Of a stretch of 64,000 bases of DNA, positions 37,378 to 50,196 are shown in pieces. The stretch spans positions 57,226,001-57,290,000 of the forward strand of contig NC_079166.1 in assembly GCF_947568905.1 (NCBI RefSeq), written 5' to 3'. The translations under genes were made by a program, and so were the position numbers. This stretch comes from Ostrea edulis (taxonomy: Eukaryota). Each line of letters begins with the position of its first letter. Position 1 is the first letter of the stretch. Below the pieces are notes generated by a model, which had not been told where the DNA came from, ran no database searches, and saw only the letters and a list, made by a program, of their open reading frames with translations.

Positions 37378-40300
37378 TTAAGTAAATATTAAGTTCCATC
37401 TGTTCCATTGAGTATCAATTTTTTTCTTTTCACCATTCTTATATGCTATATATTTGTGTGTTTCATAAAATAATTTCATTTGTGATATTGCAGCGGGCAA
37501 GTTTAAAGGTTTCTTATTGCATCTTGCAGTATAGACATAATACTTCAGAAATAAAATAATAATGTTTTGTATATCACTATTATTTTCAATACAAGCTAAA
37601 ATAAAGGATTTCTTTGTAATTGTAATCTGTCGCTCAGTCTTGTCTTCTAAAAATTGTTTGAATTCTACAAGAAATAATTGTAAACAATTACATTCCCATA
37701 AAATATGTTCTATTGTTTCCTCTTCAGAGTGACAAAAGTTGCAATATTTAGAATCTATTCTTTTTATTTTGAACAATAATGAATTTGTTGCTAAAATTTT
37801 GTTTATAATTCTGTGCTGAAACCAGCGGAGCTTACAGTCTTTTGTCACTCTGAAGGGCATTTTGTGGATTATTTTCCATTCCCTGTCGTCTACATCTAAA
37901 AGCTCACTCCATTTCTTTTTGCCAGCTGAGACCGAGTTATTTTCATTAAGAATTTCATTAAAAAAAATTGATTTGTAACATTTCAAAATTGTGTAAGTAT
38001 TTGTCATAATTAATGGACTTGTGAGCTTCATGATGTTTTTTCCAGGGTCTGAGTTTTTTTTATCCATGCTCTTACTGCATGGATAATGCTGATGTATTCT
38101 AAAAAAATTATCCTAATGTTTGTATAAATATCACAAAAATGTTTAAAACTAAAAAGTGAACCATCTTCATTAATAATATCATTAATCAGTCTGATGTTGC
38201 TGTCAAACATTTGTTTATTAAAAAATGGTTTTCCACCAATATGAATCTTTGGGTTATAAAATAGAGGTGAATCAGCAGCAACAGTGGACTCATCAATAAG
38301 ACTATGTAATGTAATGAACGACTTGAATACATCAATCCAAAATTTATTTTTCAGTGTTTTTAAAAGAGTGCTGATGTATTCAACCCCACAGTTAATGAAT
38401 TTGTTCAACTCAAAATTGGGAATAAACATTCCCATACCTCTGCTGGAAAAAATAAGATGTCTTACCCAAAATAATTTCATAGAAGCTATAAAAGACATTA
38501 GATTTACCATTTTCAATCCTCCATCTTCATATTTTTTAACTATTACTTCTTTTTTTACTCTGTGAGTTGAATTATTCCATATGAAAGAAAAAAATAATTT
38601 TTCTAAATTTTTACAATATAACTCAGAGGGATTTGGGATTGACATCAAGATATGGTTTAATAAGGGCAAAGTCAATGTTTTAATAACTGTGATATTTCCA
38701 ATGGGAGTCAAAAATCTTTTCTCCCAATGTTTAAGTAAAGATTTAATCTGTACACATTTTGGTTCATAGTTTAATTGCATCATTTTCTTTAGATCCACAT
38801 TAAAATGTATTCCTAGTAGTTTAAACCTTGTAGTACCCCACTTAAGCTTGTAGTTAGGCAGTAAAATTTCATTACTAAATCTTTTGGATCCAATCCATAC
38901 TATATGGGTTTTGTCAAAATTAATATAAAGTCCAGACATTTCTGAAAATTGTTGCAGTGTTTCCAATGTTTCCAAGAGAGATTCTTTACTGCCATCAAGA
39001 ATAAGTGAAGTGTCATCAGCCAACTGGGAAATCTTCTTTCCTACATTGTTTACAGTAATACCTTTAATACTTTTGTTTAATCTAATCTGAATAGCTAATA
39101 TTTCTGCACAAATTAAAAAAATATACGGTGACAAAGGGTCACCTTGTCTACACCCTCTCTGAATATTGATTTTTTCAGAGAGATTACCACCTTGATTTAC
39201 TGCAGATGTAATATCTGTACAAAATAATGATACCCAGTTCCGAATAGAGTTGCCAAAGTTAAAGAAAGTTAGTGCTTTTTGAATAAATTCCCAAGACACT
39301 GTATCAAAAGCTTTTTCAAAATCGATAAGTAATAATAAACCAGGTATATTTTCTTCCTAGTGTAATGCATAATATCATAGATAAGCCTTGTACTTTCTCC
39401 AATATACCTGTTGGGAATAAAACCTGTTTGATCAGGGTTGATTATTTTATCTAGATACCGTTTTACTCTACTAGCCACTGTACCTGATGCAATTTTATAA
39501 ACAGTATTCAACAGAGTGATAGGCCTCCAGTTCTTCAGATATTGTCTTGGCTTGTCACCTTTCGGTAGCAATGTAATGATACCATGTCTTTGTGTAACTG
39601 ACAAAATACTACTTTTATATCCATAATTGATAGACCTTACAACAAAAATACCGATATATTTCCAAAACATTTTGAAGAATTCGGCAGAAAAACCATCAGA
39701 TCCTGGGGATTTATTAGATTTCATTTTGTAAAGAGTATTGGAGGCTTCTTTAATAGTAATTTCCCCTTCTGTTGATTCTGATTCTTTATTAGAAAGTTTC
39801 GGAATATCCTTAAAGCTTGGCTCATTGTTAAAATCAAAACTATTATTTACTTCAGTTTTCTTGTATAATTGTTCATAAAAAGTTTTTGTTTCCCTTAAGA
39901 TTTCAGATTGTTCATATATTACCCTCCCTTCATTATTCTCCAATCTAGGGATTATTTTGCTCGTAAAATGTCTGGATTCCAAAGCACAAAAATATTTTGA
40001 TGGTTTTTCGCCTTCTTCAACCCATTTGGCTCTACTTCTTACATAATTACCTTGTAACTTGTGTTTTCTTATGTTTTCTAGATCTTGTTTTTTACATCAA
40101 TATTACTGTCACAAACATTTTCTTCCAATGTTTTGATATTTTCAATTAATTCTTTTTCCTCCTTTCTTTCTTTCTTTTTAATATATGAAGCATAAGAAAT
40201 TGTTTTACCCCTTATTTCTAATAATAAGGTTTCTAAAAACAGTTGATCATTAATAGTGAAGGAAATGTCTGCATCAGGGATATTGTGTATGTTACCAAAA

Positions 40301-41140
40301 TTATATACAGGAGCTGCATATTGCTTCTTAACTTCTAAAATAACACCTCTAATACAATCTAAATAATTTTCATCATATAATAAAGAATTGTTGAACTTCC
40401 ATAATCCTCTACCTTTCTTGAAGTTATTGAAAGCAATGGACAAGGATATCATAGAATGGTCTGATCTATAACTAGACTCTATATTACATTTTTCTAAACC
40501 AGACAAAAGTGTCTCAGATATTAAGAAGAAATCTAAACGACTTTGTTTTAATGGGTTTTTTTTTTCCTCCACGAGTATCTACGAGTATTTTCGTGTAGCT
40601 GCCTAAAAGGATCAATATAACCATTACTTTCCATTAACTCCAAGACCTTGTCCCTTGCCTTTGGGTTATTAGTACTTTTCTAATTGTAATAATCTAAATC
40701 TGGGTTTAAGACAAGATTAAAATCACCACACCAAATAATATTAGAACACTGCATATCATCAATGCATGTTTGTACATTATCAAAAAAAAAGGCTGTTTGT
40801 CATTATTTGGACCATAAACATTACATATCAACACTTCATGACCTTCAATACATGCTTTAAGTAGTAAATAGTTTCCATCCACATCACCCTTTTCAGTAAG
40901 AGGTTTAAAATCAAAATTATTATTAACTAGAATTGCAACTCCTCTTGAATTTGTAGAATATGAACTAAAAAAGCATTGGTAACCCCACAAATTCTTAACT
41001 TCATTTTCAGTATCACATGAGAAATGTGTATCTTGTAAACAGTAGATATTATGATTTAAGGCTCTTAAATAATTAAAAACGTCTTTGCACTTTGCAATAT
41101 CACCCAAACCTTGACAGTTTACAGAAATGATTTTAACCAT
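37378..41140 (-). pseudogene. Tx1 ORF2 (APE endonuclease + RT + zinc-binding domain), ~5 frameshifts
   Basis: MVKIISVNCQGL, LQDTH, YRSDHS, GLWKFNNSLL, KSPGSDGF, WRPITLLN, GCRQGDPLSP, LADD, CNFC...ETIEHILWEC, split across ORFs 40706-41140, 40078-40572, 39269-39982, 38028-39299 and 37378-38067. Confidence 0.93.
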
Positions 41141-41146
41141 TGAAAT

Positions 41147-41680
41147 TTATAGAGGGCGAAGCCCTCTCACGGCCCGAAGGGCCGTGAGAGCGGAGCTCTC
41201 CCTATAGGTAACACGTATATACATGTTTAAAAGGAAAATATAGGAAAACAATGAAAAATTAAACCATACCTATGGAATTTGAAAATTTTGGTACTAATGG
41301 CGTCGATTCGAATACTATCGCGTGGACATGTATTTCTCCATTTTGAATCTCGTCTACCCTAGTTCACGTCGTTCTGAGATGTTACAAAAATTCGTAAAAG
41401 CATGTAAATCTTATTTTCTTAATCATATATAATCACTCCACCATTAACGCCATGTTTGTTGTGATTCAGACGCTATGTATGTAAATTTGCTAAAAATACG
41501 ACGCTGAATATGACGTCACAATGTACTGTTTACATCAGTTGCGTTGTATTTCCCGCGTTCAATATATAAACGGATCAAATCCTGCTAACTTCGGGTTGTT
41601 TTTGTTCTGTTTTGGATATACATACTAATGCCAAAATTTTTTTGCTTCGCCCTCAAACACGGTCACGCCGTAAAACATAT
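41147..41680. mobile_element. HINE-like insertion between Tx1 ORF1 and ORF2
   Basis: subTIRs gagggcgaagc (41152) / gcttcgccctc (41644-41654); perfect hairpin ctctcacggccc-gaa-gggccgtgagag at 41164-41190. Confidence 0.75.
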
Positions 41681-41968
41681 TAATGAATAGACATTGAGTT
41701 ATGAAAAAATGATACCCAACAGAACTTTAGAATCCTCAACGTTGTTGAAAGCATGCATGTAAAGATAAAGACAAAGGATAGAGAGAAGAAAAGGCACATA
41801 TATGTACACATAGAGATAAATTTGATGATTATCATCAGTAAAAAGAGTTCAAATGAAAAAATCAAGTTAAATACTGACACGTGAGTCACTTTGTTTGGAA
41901 CGTCGTCAACATGTTATGACCGGAAATCTGATTTGGATAACTAATGTCTGAACACATGATCGAATTTT

Positions 41969-42841
41969 CTAATCCCGGATTTTACTAACTTTGTATTCAA
42001 TGTCGTCCAGAATGTCAAACTTTACGCGCTTTCCCTTCACTGTTCCATATACCGACCCATTGAAAAACCATGCCGATGTCACACCTTCTGTATCAATTAG
42101 TCGCTTTATGAGTTCACTATTTTCCTTTGTTACATCGTCCCCTATTCTGATCTTTCCCGGGGCGTTTTTAACCGACGATCTGTGTCGCATAATGTGGGCT
42201 TTTCTGTCATTGTTTTTCATCTTCATTATGATGGGCCTCGGGGTATTCTGTTTAGAACCTGGGATGCGATGGACGGCTACAATGTCTCGTTCGCCTACAT
42301 TAACACCTCCCTTCTCTTTTAACGTTGTCTTCACGACTTCAACGATTTTCTCTCCTTTTGCTTCCCGTACGCCGTAAATCTTGATGTTGTTTTTTCTACT
42401 GTACTGTTCGTTGTAGTTGGCTTTGACGGTTGCAAAAGTGGCTAAATCCTTAACTTCTGTTATTTCATTCTGCAAGTCTCTGATGTTCTTATTCACACCA
42501 CAAAGCTTTTCGCGCAGAGTTTCATTCTCCATAGTCAGTCGATCGACGTCCGTTGATAGCCTGTCAATCTTTTGTTTCAATACTGTCTCTCGCTTTTCTG
42601 ATTGTTCTTCAGCGTTTTTCAGCAGACCTTTCACTATATTTGTAACTATACCTTCAAGATCTCCCGTTTTCACTGATTTCTGTAGGCTTTCTTTTATTTC
42701 ATTTAAGTCTGATTTGATTGACGCCAAAGTCATCTCACTTGTTGGAGTATTATTTTCACATTTGTCGTTTCCAAGTTTAATTTTCTCTGACGCTTTCCTA
42801 GTATTTGCCATATTTACATTAAAAAATTCACAAAATAACAC
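41969..42841 (-). CDS. Tx1/L1-type ORF1 protein (coiled coil + RRM-like), uninterrupted
   Basis: 290-aa ORF with heptad-rich region, then EQYSRKNNIKIYGV, DIVAVHRIPG, PRPIIMKM, IRIGDDVT, as in L1-like ORF1p. Confidence 0.88.
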   Translation of the reverse strand: MLFCEFFNVNMANTRKASEKIKLGNDKCENNTPTSEMTLASIKSDLNEIKESLQKSVKTGDLEGIVTNIVKGLLKNAEEQSEKRETVLKQKIDRLSTDVDRLTMENETLREKLCGVNKNIRDLQNEITEVKDLATFATVKANYNEQYSRKNNIKIYGVREAKGEKIVEVVKTTLKEKGGVNVGERDIVAVHRIPGSKQNTPRPIIMKMKNNDRKAHIMRHRSSVKNAPGKIRIGDDVTKENSELIKRLIDTEGVTSAWFFNGSVYGTVKGKRVKFDILDDIEYKVSKIRD

Positions 42842-43108
42842 ACACGGATAAGCGTTAAATAGTACTCACGGTTCTTTTGAGAACGAACGAACAATGTTTT
42901 CCTTTTTAAAAATGTTCCCAAAACTCTGATTGAGTATCTTCAGTCTTCAGTTGCTGTTCTATGGTGTACTAGGTACATTGTGTTTATTGTGTGACTGTTC
43001 ATTTCAGCTGCAGAGGCCAATAGTGGTCAAGTACTAGTGTTGTGTACATGTGCTTCCATTATTTTGTGTGTGCTTTGTGCTGCTATTTTTGCGCCAGAAT
43101 TTGTGATA

Positions 43109-44327
43109 ATGGCTAAAAGCGATGCTAGGAAAGGGTTGCAAGAATTGATTGATGAAATAAATTCTGAGCACCACTTCAGGGTCATACCCAAAGATGAATA
43201 TGACAAGTTGGTGAGAAATGCAAGTGATAAAGAAACGCATTTGAATCCGTTTAAAATACACAGAAGGCTATCCGAATTTCAATCTGCTGGTGCTAGACAC
43301 AAGTTTGACACCAAAATACCTCCTTTATCCCCAAGGTTTACATCTACCATGTTATCTGACCACCCTATCTGTCATAATGCTAGTAGAGTAAAAAATCCCT
43401 TTCTTTAGTGGCAGTGAACAAAAGGGGGGTGCCAGTTTTGATGTTTGGTCATATGAAGTTGGATGTTTGAAAAGTCAATTAACTGAGATTGATTTATTAC
43501 AGCTAGTTAGAAGTTCGTTGAAGGGTCAAGCGCGAGAAATGCTCATTCCGCTCGGCGAAGGTGCTACGACAGCACCATTCTCTCGAAACTCGAAGATTTT
43601 TTATGGTAATGTGTCAATCCCAGAAAACATAATGCAAATCTTTTACAGTGACCATCAAAAGGTAGGTGAGTCTATTGTTTCATATGGCTCCAGATTAGAA
43701 CAATGCATAACAAAGGCAGTAAAATTAGGACACATTGATGTTAGTGCAAAAGATGTAATGTTAAGATCTAAGTTCTGGTCTGGATTAATAAGCACTCAGT
43801 TAAGAAATGCATCTTGGCATAAATATGAATCTCTAAAAGATTTCCAATCCCTTCTCAGAGAAGTTAGGCAGATAGAGCAATAGGAGAATAATCTAAAATT
43901 TGTTAATTATGTTCCAAGATCTAATGCTACTGCGGCTTCTATTAATTTATTGACTATTCAAAATTCTGAAATACAAAGCATACAGAAACAGCTTTCAGAG
44001 TTAATTTCTCACAAGAAGAGACTGGATAGTAGAATTATTAAAATTGAACAAAATGAGGCTTGTACTTCAAACAATTCGGACTCTTTTCAGACAAACTCCC
44101 CCAGTAATTCTGGAAACTACAGAGGAGATTTTCAGAGCAAAAACAAGAAGGGCCAGGGAAGTTATTTCAGCAACAGCAGCAAAACCAGCAACAACAACAC
44201 CAGCAAACCCAGCACAATCAGCAGCACCAGCAAACCCAGCAACAGCAGCACAATCAGCAGCAGAACCAGCGCTGGTCAACAACCTGGTAACATTACTGGG
44301 TTTGGAACAGGTGGTGTTTTAAACTAG
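43109..44327 (+). pseudogene. Gypsy gag (PNMA-like capsid) remnant
   Basis: FSG..QKGGASFDVWSYEV, VRSSLKGQA, QKVGESIVSYGSRLE, LRSKFWSGL; frameshifts and stops. Confidence 0.8.
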
Positions 44328-44383
44328 TTTCATCTTCTGTTGCGGGGCAGACAGAAGGTGTATTTCAAAAAAGCCCTATTTCT

Positions 44384-45695
44384 ATGACAAATTCTTCAAA
44401 TCTATTGTGCATATTAGTCGGTGAATCCAATGATTCTGAAATAATTGTCAATGGCATAAAAACTAATGCTCTTATTGACTCAGGGTCCATGATTACCTGT
44501 ATTTCAGAAGAGTTTTTAAAAGATATGGACCCTGTGCCAGAGGTATTTAGCATTTCAGACTTTGGACTTAATGTTCAGAGTGCTAATGGCAGTGCAATGC
44601 CATACAGTGTTTATATTGAACTAGATATTTGTGTACCTTGTTTTGAAAATTTTACACATACTATTCCTACTTTGGTAGTTTCCCAGACAAATTATTCAAA
44701 CCTTGCACCAGTGATTATTGAAACTAATTTCATACGTACTTGCAGGGATGCTTGTGACCAGAATTCTATGGGAGGTGTTCCAAAGGAATGGCAAAAAGCT
44801 TTTGATAGTATGAATGATGAAACACCAGTTAAGACGACAAACATTCAAGTGGCACCAAACGAGTCAAAAGTAATTAGAGGTTTGGTAAGAAATAACCACA
44901 AACAAATACTGCATTATCAGGAGGTCTTGTAGTATGTCCAAGGGTTATTTCCCTTACCCAGGGTAAACACAACGTTACTATTCCTGTTGGAGTATGTATC
45001 ATTTTTCCCTCTGTTATACATATACCACCGAAATCCCTTTTATGTTCGGTGCATGGCGTGAAGGCGGTAAACTCTTGGAAAGTATGAATAATTCCAGGAA
45101 GTTTCTACAAGAATTGGACATCAAGATATGTGAGTAGAACTTAACTCCTGAACAAGTAAGTGATGCAAAATTATTTCTCTCTCGTTGGACACATTTATTT
45201 TCTGAAGGTCCAACTGATATAGGTAATACTAGTATTCCGAAATACAACATCAAACTTACCGACAACACACCATTCAAGGAACCCTACAGACGAATCCCAC
45301 CAGGAATGTATGCAGAAGTTCGAGACCATGTCAAGGAGATGTTGGATGTTGGAGCCATACAACCATCTCAGAGCCCATACTCCTCTAACATTGTATTGGT
45401 TAGAAAGAAGGATGTTAGTCTACGCTTTTGCATAGATTACAGGAAGCTCAACGCAAGAACCATCAAGGATGCATACAGCCTTCCACGTATTGACGATACC
45501 ATCGACAGATTGGTTGGATCAAACTTCTTCACCAAGTTGGATTTGACGAGTTGCTACTGGCAAGTAGAGATTGAAGAGAAAGATCGGGAGAAGACAGCGT
45601 TTTCGGTCAGCGGTGTTGGACACTTCGAGTACAACAGAATGGGGTTTGGTTTGACAAACGCACCTGTAACTTTTCAACGCATCATGGAACGTTAA
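44384..45695 (+). pseudogene. Gypsy pol remnant (aspartic protease + RT N-terminal half)
   Basis: ALIDSGSMIT; SPYSSNIVLVRKKD, LRFCIDYRKLN, LPRIDD, DLTSCYWQV, KTAF, FGLTNAPVTFQR. Confidence 0.9.
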
Positions 45696-45914
45696 TTTTA
45701 AACTAGATAAAATACGAGAAAAATAGTCCTTCATTATTTACTCATGTAGGATAGTGAAATTCCACCTCAGGTACAAATTTTACTCAGCAAAGCCTCGCGC
45801 TAGACTGTGAATATTGCTACTGAGGTGTAATCTCACTATCCCACACTCGTATTAATGGTTCTATTAGTCACTGAATCACAGGAACACATTGTGGAGAGTG
45901 TTCTGTTTCTGAAC

Positions 45915-46270
45915 CAGAGGAAAGTGTTCAGATTCTGAAACAGGAAAGTGTTCAGATTCTGAAACAGAGGAGAGTGTTCAGTGTTAGAACTAGAGGACAG
46001 TGTTCATCGTTAGAACTAGAGGACAGTGTTCAGTGTTAGAACTAGAGGACAGTGTTCAGTGTTAGAACTAGAGGTCAGTGTTCAGTGTTAGAACTAGTGG
46101 ACAGTGTTCAGTGTTAGAACTAGTGGACAGTGTTCAGTGTTAGAACTAGTGGACAGTGTTCAGTGTTAGAACTAGTGGACAGTGTTCAGTGTTAGAACTA
46201 GAGGACAGTGTTCTGTGTTAGAACTAGAGGACAGTGTTCAGTGTTAGAACTAGAGGATAGTGTACAGTGT
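45915..46270. repeat. 26-bp minisatellite (~11 copies) preceded by shorter related units
   Basis: Unit cagtgttagaactagaggacagtgtt. Confidence 0.95.
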
Positions 46271-46604
46271 TATCCACATAAGGCAGTTTTAGCGTTCCAT
46301 AGTTATGCCTATATACCGTGAAATTTCAGTATTGAGAGAAATGTTAGTGATAAGCTACACCTGTGGGTAGATAATGGAAAGCACACAAGGGTTTACATGT
46401 ATATGCCTCATCCCTCTCGTTGCAAAACGCCTTTAATTAACGCAGATGTATTTACACGTAATACAGTGTATCAATGTACTTACATTAGTAGTGTTAATTG
46501 ATATCAATTGATAGCAAACAAAGCTCTGAGAGTATCCTCTTGATCTTCAACTGAGGGGCAGCCCCCCCCCCCCCCCCTCAGAGGGTGAGATGATGACTTT
46601 CAAT

Positions 46605-47510
46605 AACTAATAGCGAGCGAAGCTCGCGTTGCGAAGCACGCGACGAGCTCGCTCCAATTACTACACATTTAAGTCACATGGTTTGCTCTTCATCAGCTGA
46701 AAAATGATGAAGATTGCCCGTAATGCTTCTACAAAAATGTCGCCGTCACTGAAGTATACTTCATGGACAACTCCGGATATAAAACAAATAAATAGTTTGG
46801 AAGGTACCTTATTTCCAATATTCCGATATGCATGTTATGATGATAGTACTTCATGAAATACGTTATCAAATTTTTGCTAATATGTACATGTAATTTTGAA
46901 TTCCGTTAAGTACGATAAATTATGATTCATCTAAAAATATATATTATCTATGAAAATCCCCTTGCGCTAAACCCCCAGTAACATCCCAATATTAAAGGGG
47001 GATGTTATGTGGATCCGCCTATTCATTTAACGCGGGAAATATAACATCCGTTGATGTAAACCGTGCATTGTGACGTCACGTTTAGCCTGGACCTTTTCCC
47101 CTTCCAAATCAAACAATTATAAACGACAACAATACATCCCGTTTGCAATTTTTAAAAAAAGACAGTTAAAACTCAACAAAATTAACCAACGAATTCAAAG
47201 AGCTAAAAAAGTAAACGTAAATATATAGTACATTTTTATATAAAGAAATTCATGAACTCGTTTATATATTTAGTTGTATTACTGTTTTTATATTTGATGA
47301 TTGGCTAAAAACTGCAACAATAATAATTATACCATCTATTTTTAACAAACTGAGTTTTTAAGTTACAAATTGCACGTCATTCTTGTATTTTTGGCGTTCA
47401 AAATTAAAACACGAATAACTGTAGAAGCAACTAATGAACAAAACAAAATGGCGGCTTCCATATGAATCATAAAATTTTCAGTGAACGTATGTAGAGATTA
47501 TCGCTATTCA
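46605..47510. mobile_element. Possible HINE-like element
   Basis: Terminal GC hairpin gagcgaagctcgcgt...acgcgacgagctcgctc and short inverted aatagcg / cgctatt. Confidence 0.35.
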
Positions 47511-48615
47511 TTTGCTGATTTTCTCTACTTCTTCTTTTTTTTTTTTTTTTTTTTTTTTACATACGTGTTACCTTTACAGCCTTGCTTCGTGGACGGGCCT
47601 TGTGTGACGTCACATTGTTGAAGTCTCGCATACGTTCGGGTATTTCCGTAAAATGCAAAGTTCAAAGGTAAGTTTTATGAGAATAAATCAAATTCATCTT
47701 AAAACAAATTATTTAATAAAAGTAGCGTTTATTAAATCAACAAGCACCTTTTGATTTCGTTTTTTATGCGATACATGTGAAGTTATTAGACTTCCTCAAC
47801 AAATGCTTCGTGAAATGTCATTGTTGTGTAAAAAGTGCAGGAACCGCCCTTTGAATGCAGTTCACTGACTTGAAGCTTTATCATACTTACATGTATTCAA
47901 GTTGCAGCAAACGTCGCAGGTATCCGTGTATTATATGTGCGTCACAGGTGCCCTCCTCTACTGCCATCCAATATTCATTAAATGTTAGTTCATTCAGGTA
48001 AGGGCACAACATAAATACATACATGTTAAAAGTACCAATAAAATAATTACATATTTTAAAACTATAGCATTAAACTGACATGTTTAAAAGTTAAGAGAAG
48101 TATAGATTACCAAATAAAGAGAGAAAATAGACTTATTTTTACATTTTATTGGACATTAAACAAATTTATCAAGAAATATATGACGTCACATGAGGATAGA
48201 GCTACGATAGAACTGTTGAAATGTTTCATTCAATTATGATATACATGTGTCTCCACACTTAATACCGGTGATGTATACAAATCAATAAGAAAGCACAAAA
48301 ATCTTCCAGAATGTTTTACATTGAAAATTTTGAATTGAAATGAATTAGATCCAACTGCGTGCATTAATTACATATTTTTGCGTATTCATGGACAAATTTT
48401 AAAAGTTTTAAAAACGTTTCTCCAGCATAATGAAGAAATTCCTTTTTATTTTCATGGGAATGGAATAAGCTTTTCTTGCAATAGAATGTACATGTAAGTT
48501 GAGAGAAGATAAAGTACTATTAGATTGTCAAGTAACGAAAATGTCTTACCCGGACGAGTCCAATTTTCAGCTGGTAAACCGTTCGAATTCGGCCAAACAA
48601 ATTGTAGTATTTTAT

Positions 48616-48739
48616 CAATCTGATTAAAATCAGATCCTCGATCCGCTCCTCATTTTTTTTTTTTGGTCGCTATTTCGTGTAGCGACAAGAAAGAAAAAAA
48701 GAGGAGTGGATCGAAGAGGATCTGATTTTAATCAGATTG
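48616..48739. mobile_element. 124-bp hairpin element with CAATC termini and 10-bp TSD
   Basis: agtattttat|caatctgattaaaatcagatcc ... ggatctgattttaatcagattg|agtattttat; same family as 33334-33435. Confidence 0.88.
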
Positions 48740-48952
48740 AGTATTTTATGTTATGAAAACACTTTAAATAAGTTGAGACCCTTGACAGATTACATGCACG
48801 TTGAAAATTCCGGAGCTAAATATCTGAACTCTGAACGGTGCCACGAGAGATTGCATGATCCTGTGTAATCCATCGTCTTATTCACCATAAACAGATAATG
48901 GCGACAAAAGTGTTCCAACGTTGCCAACAAATATGATATGAACTTACTATAA

Positions 48953-49570
48953 ACAGGATAATATAAACATGTAGTGTAGGGTGTGTACTGACAGGATAAT
49001 ATAAACATGTAGTGTAGGGTGTGTACTGACAGGATAATATAAACATGTAGTGTAGGGTGTGTACTGACAGGATAATATAAACATGTAGTGTAGAGTGTGT
49101 ACTGACAGGATATTATAAACATGTAGTGTAGGGTGTGTACTGACAGGATAATATATACATGTAGTGTAGGGTGTGTACTGACAGGATAATATAAACATGT
49201 AGTGTAGGGTGTGTACTGACAGGATAATATATACATGTAGTGTAGGGTGTGTACTGACAGGATAATATAAACATGTAGTGTAGGGTGTGTACTGACAGGA
49301 TATTATAAACATGTAGTGTAGGGTGTGTACTGACAGGATATTATAAACATGTAGTGTAGGGTGTGTACTGACAGGATAATATATACATGTAGTGTAGGGT
49401 GTGTACTGACAGGATAATATATACATGTAGTGTAGGGTGTGTACTGATGTTTAAGTCAAATAGACACAGGATAATATAAACATGTAGTGTAGGGTGTGTA
49501 CTGACAGGATAATATAAACATGTAGTGTAGGGAGTGTACTGACAGGATAATATAAACATGTAGTGTACTG
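48953..49570. repeat. 38-bp minisatellite, ~16 copies
   Basis: Unit acaggataatataaacatgtagtgtagggtgtgtactg. Confidence 0.97.
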
Positions 49571-50162
49571 GTGTTTAAGTCAAATAGACACAGTTTCCGG
49601 GCACATGTTGAAGTCCTTGGGCATACGCTTAGAAATTCTGATAGTCTCTCCAAGTGCGTATGTTTCAAGACGTTAGATCCGCTGGCACACTCTATATACA
49701 AACATGAACTCGGATTGGGTTGAGGTCAAATACAGATTTAACGCTAGATTATAAAATTATTGACCACCCTTTATGAAATGTAATCCGTTACGGGTTTGTG
49801 AGAAATGTGATGAATCACAAACTCTTGACTGGGAAGATGGCGAATCACGCGACCAAAATTTGTTTAACAGTAGTTATGGTCTAGTTAGATTCAGAATACA
49901 TGTACGTCAAACTGCCATGGTTCTTCTTGAGGTTTTTACACCATATACTTCCCTGATAATGCTTGGCGTCATAATGAATTATTAGAATGCTATATTGCTT
50001 GTTAAAATATTTGTCTCGCAACCAAAAAAAAGCAAAATAATGCACCATCAAAATGACGCAAATCTGATGGCAGATCATTAAATTAAAGAGAACTATGTCA
50101 AATTTCCAAGAAATAGAACGGATTTTCAAAAGGGAAGTATTCTATTTTTTAGCATCAATACA

Positions 50163-50196
<34 letters not shown>

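Larger units (their letters stand above)
37255..42966 (-). mobile_element. Near full-length Tx1/L1-clade LINE with 15-bp TSD
   Basis: tactaggtacattgt at 37240-37254 and 42967-42981; A/AAC-rich 3' tail; ORF1 and ORF2 both present. Confidence 0.92.
42967..45695 (+). mobile_element. Gypsy LTR retrotransposon internal region, 3'-truncated and degenerate
   Basis: gag, protease and RT remnants in order; breaks off within RT. Confidence 0.9.

Noticed and set aside
41991-42851. Plus-strand ORFs of 128 and 144 aa
   Set aside because: Antisense shadows of Tx1 ORF1; the same applies to 38284-38769 and 9840-10085.
20683-49570. 26-38-bp tandem arrays as possible CRISPR arrays
   Set aside because: Units are head-to-tail with no unique spacers, no cas genes are present, and the context is eukaryotic.
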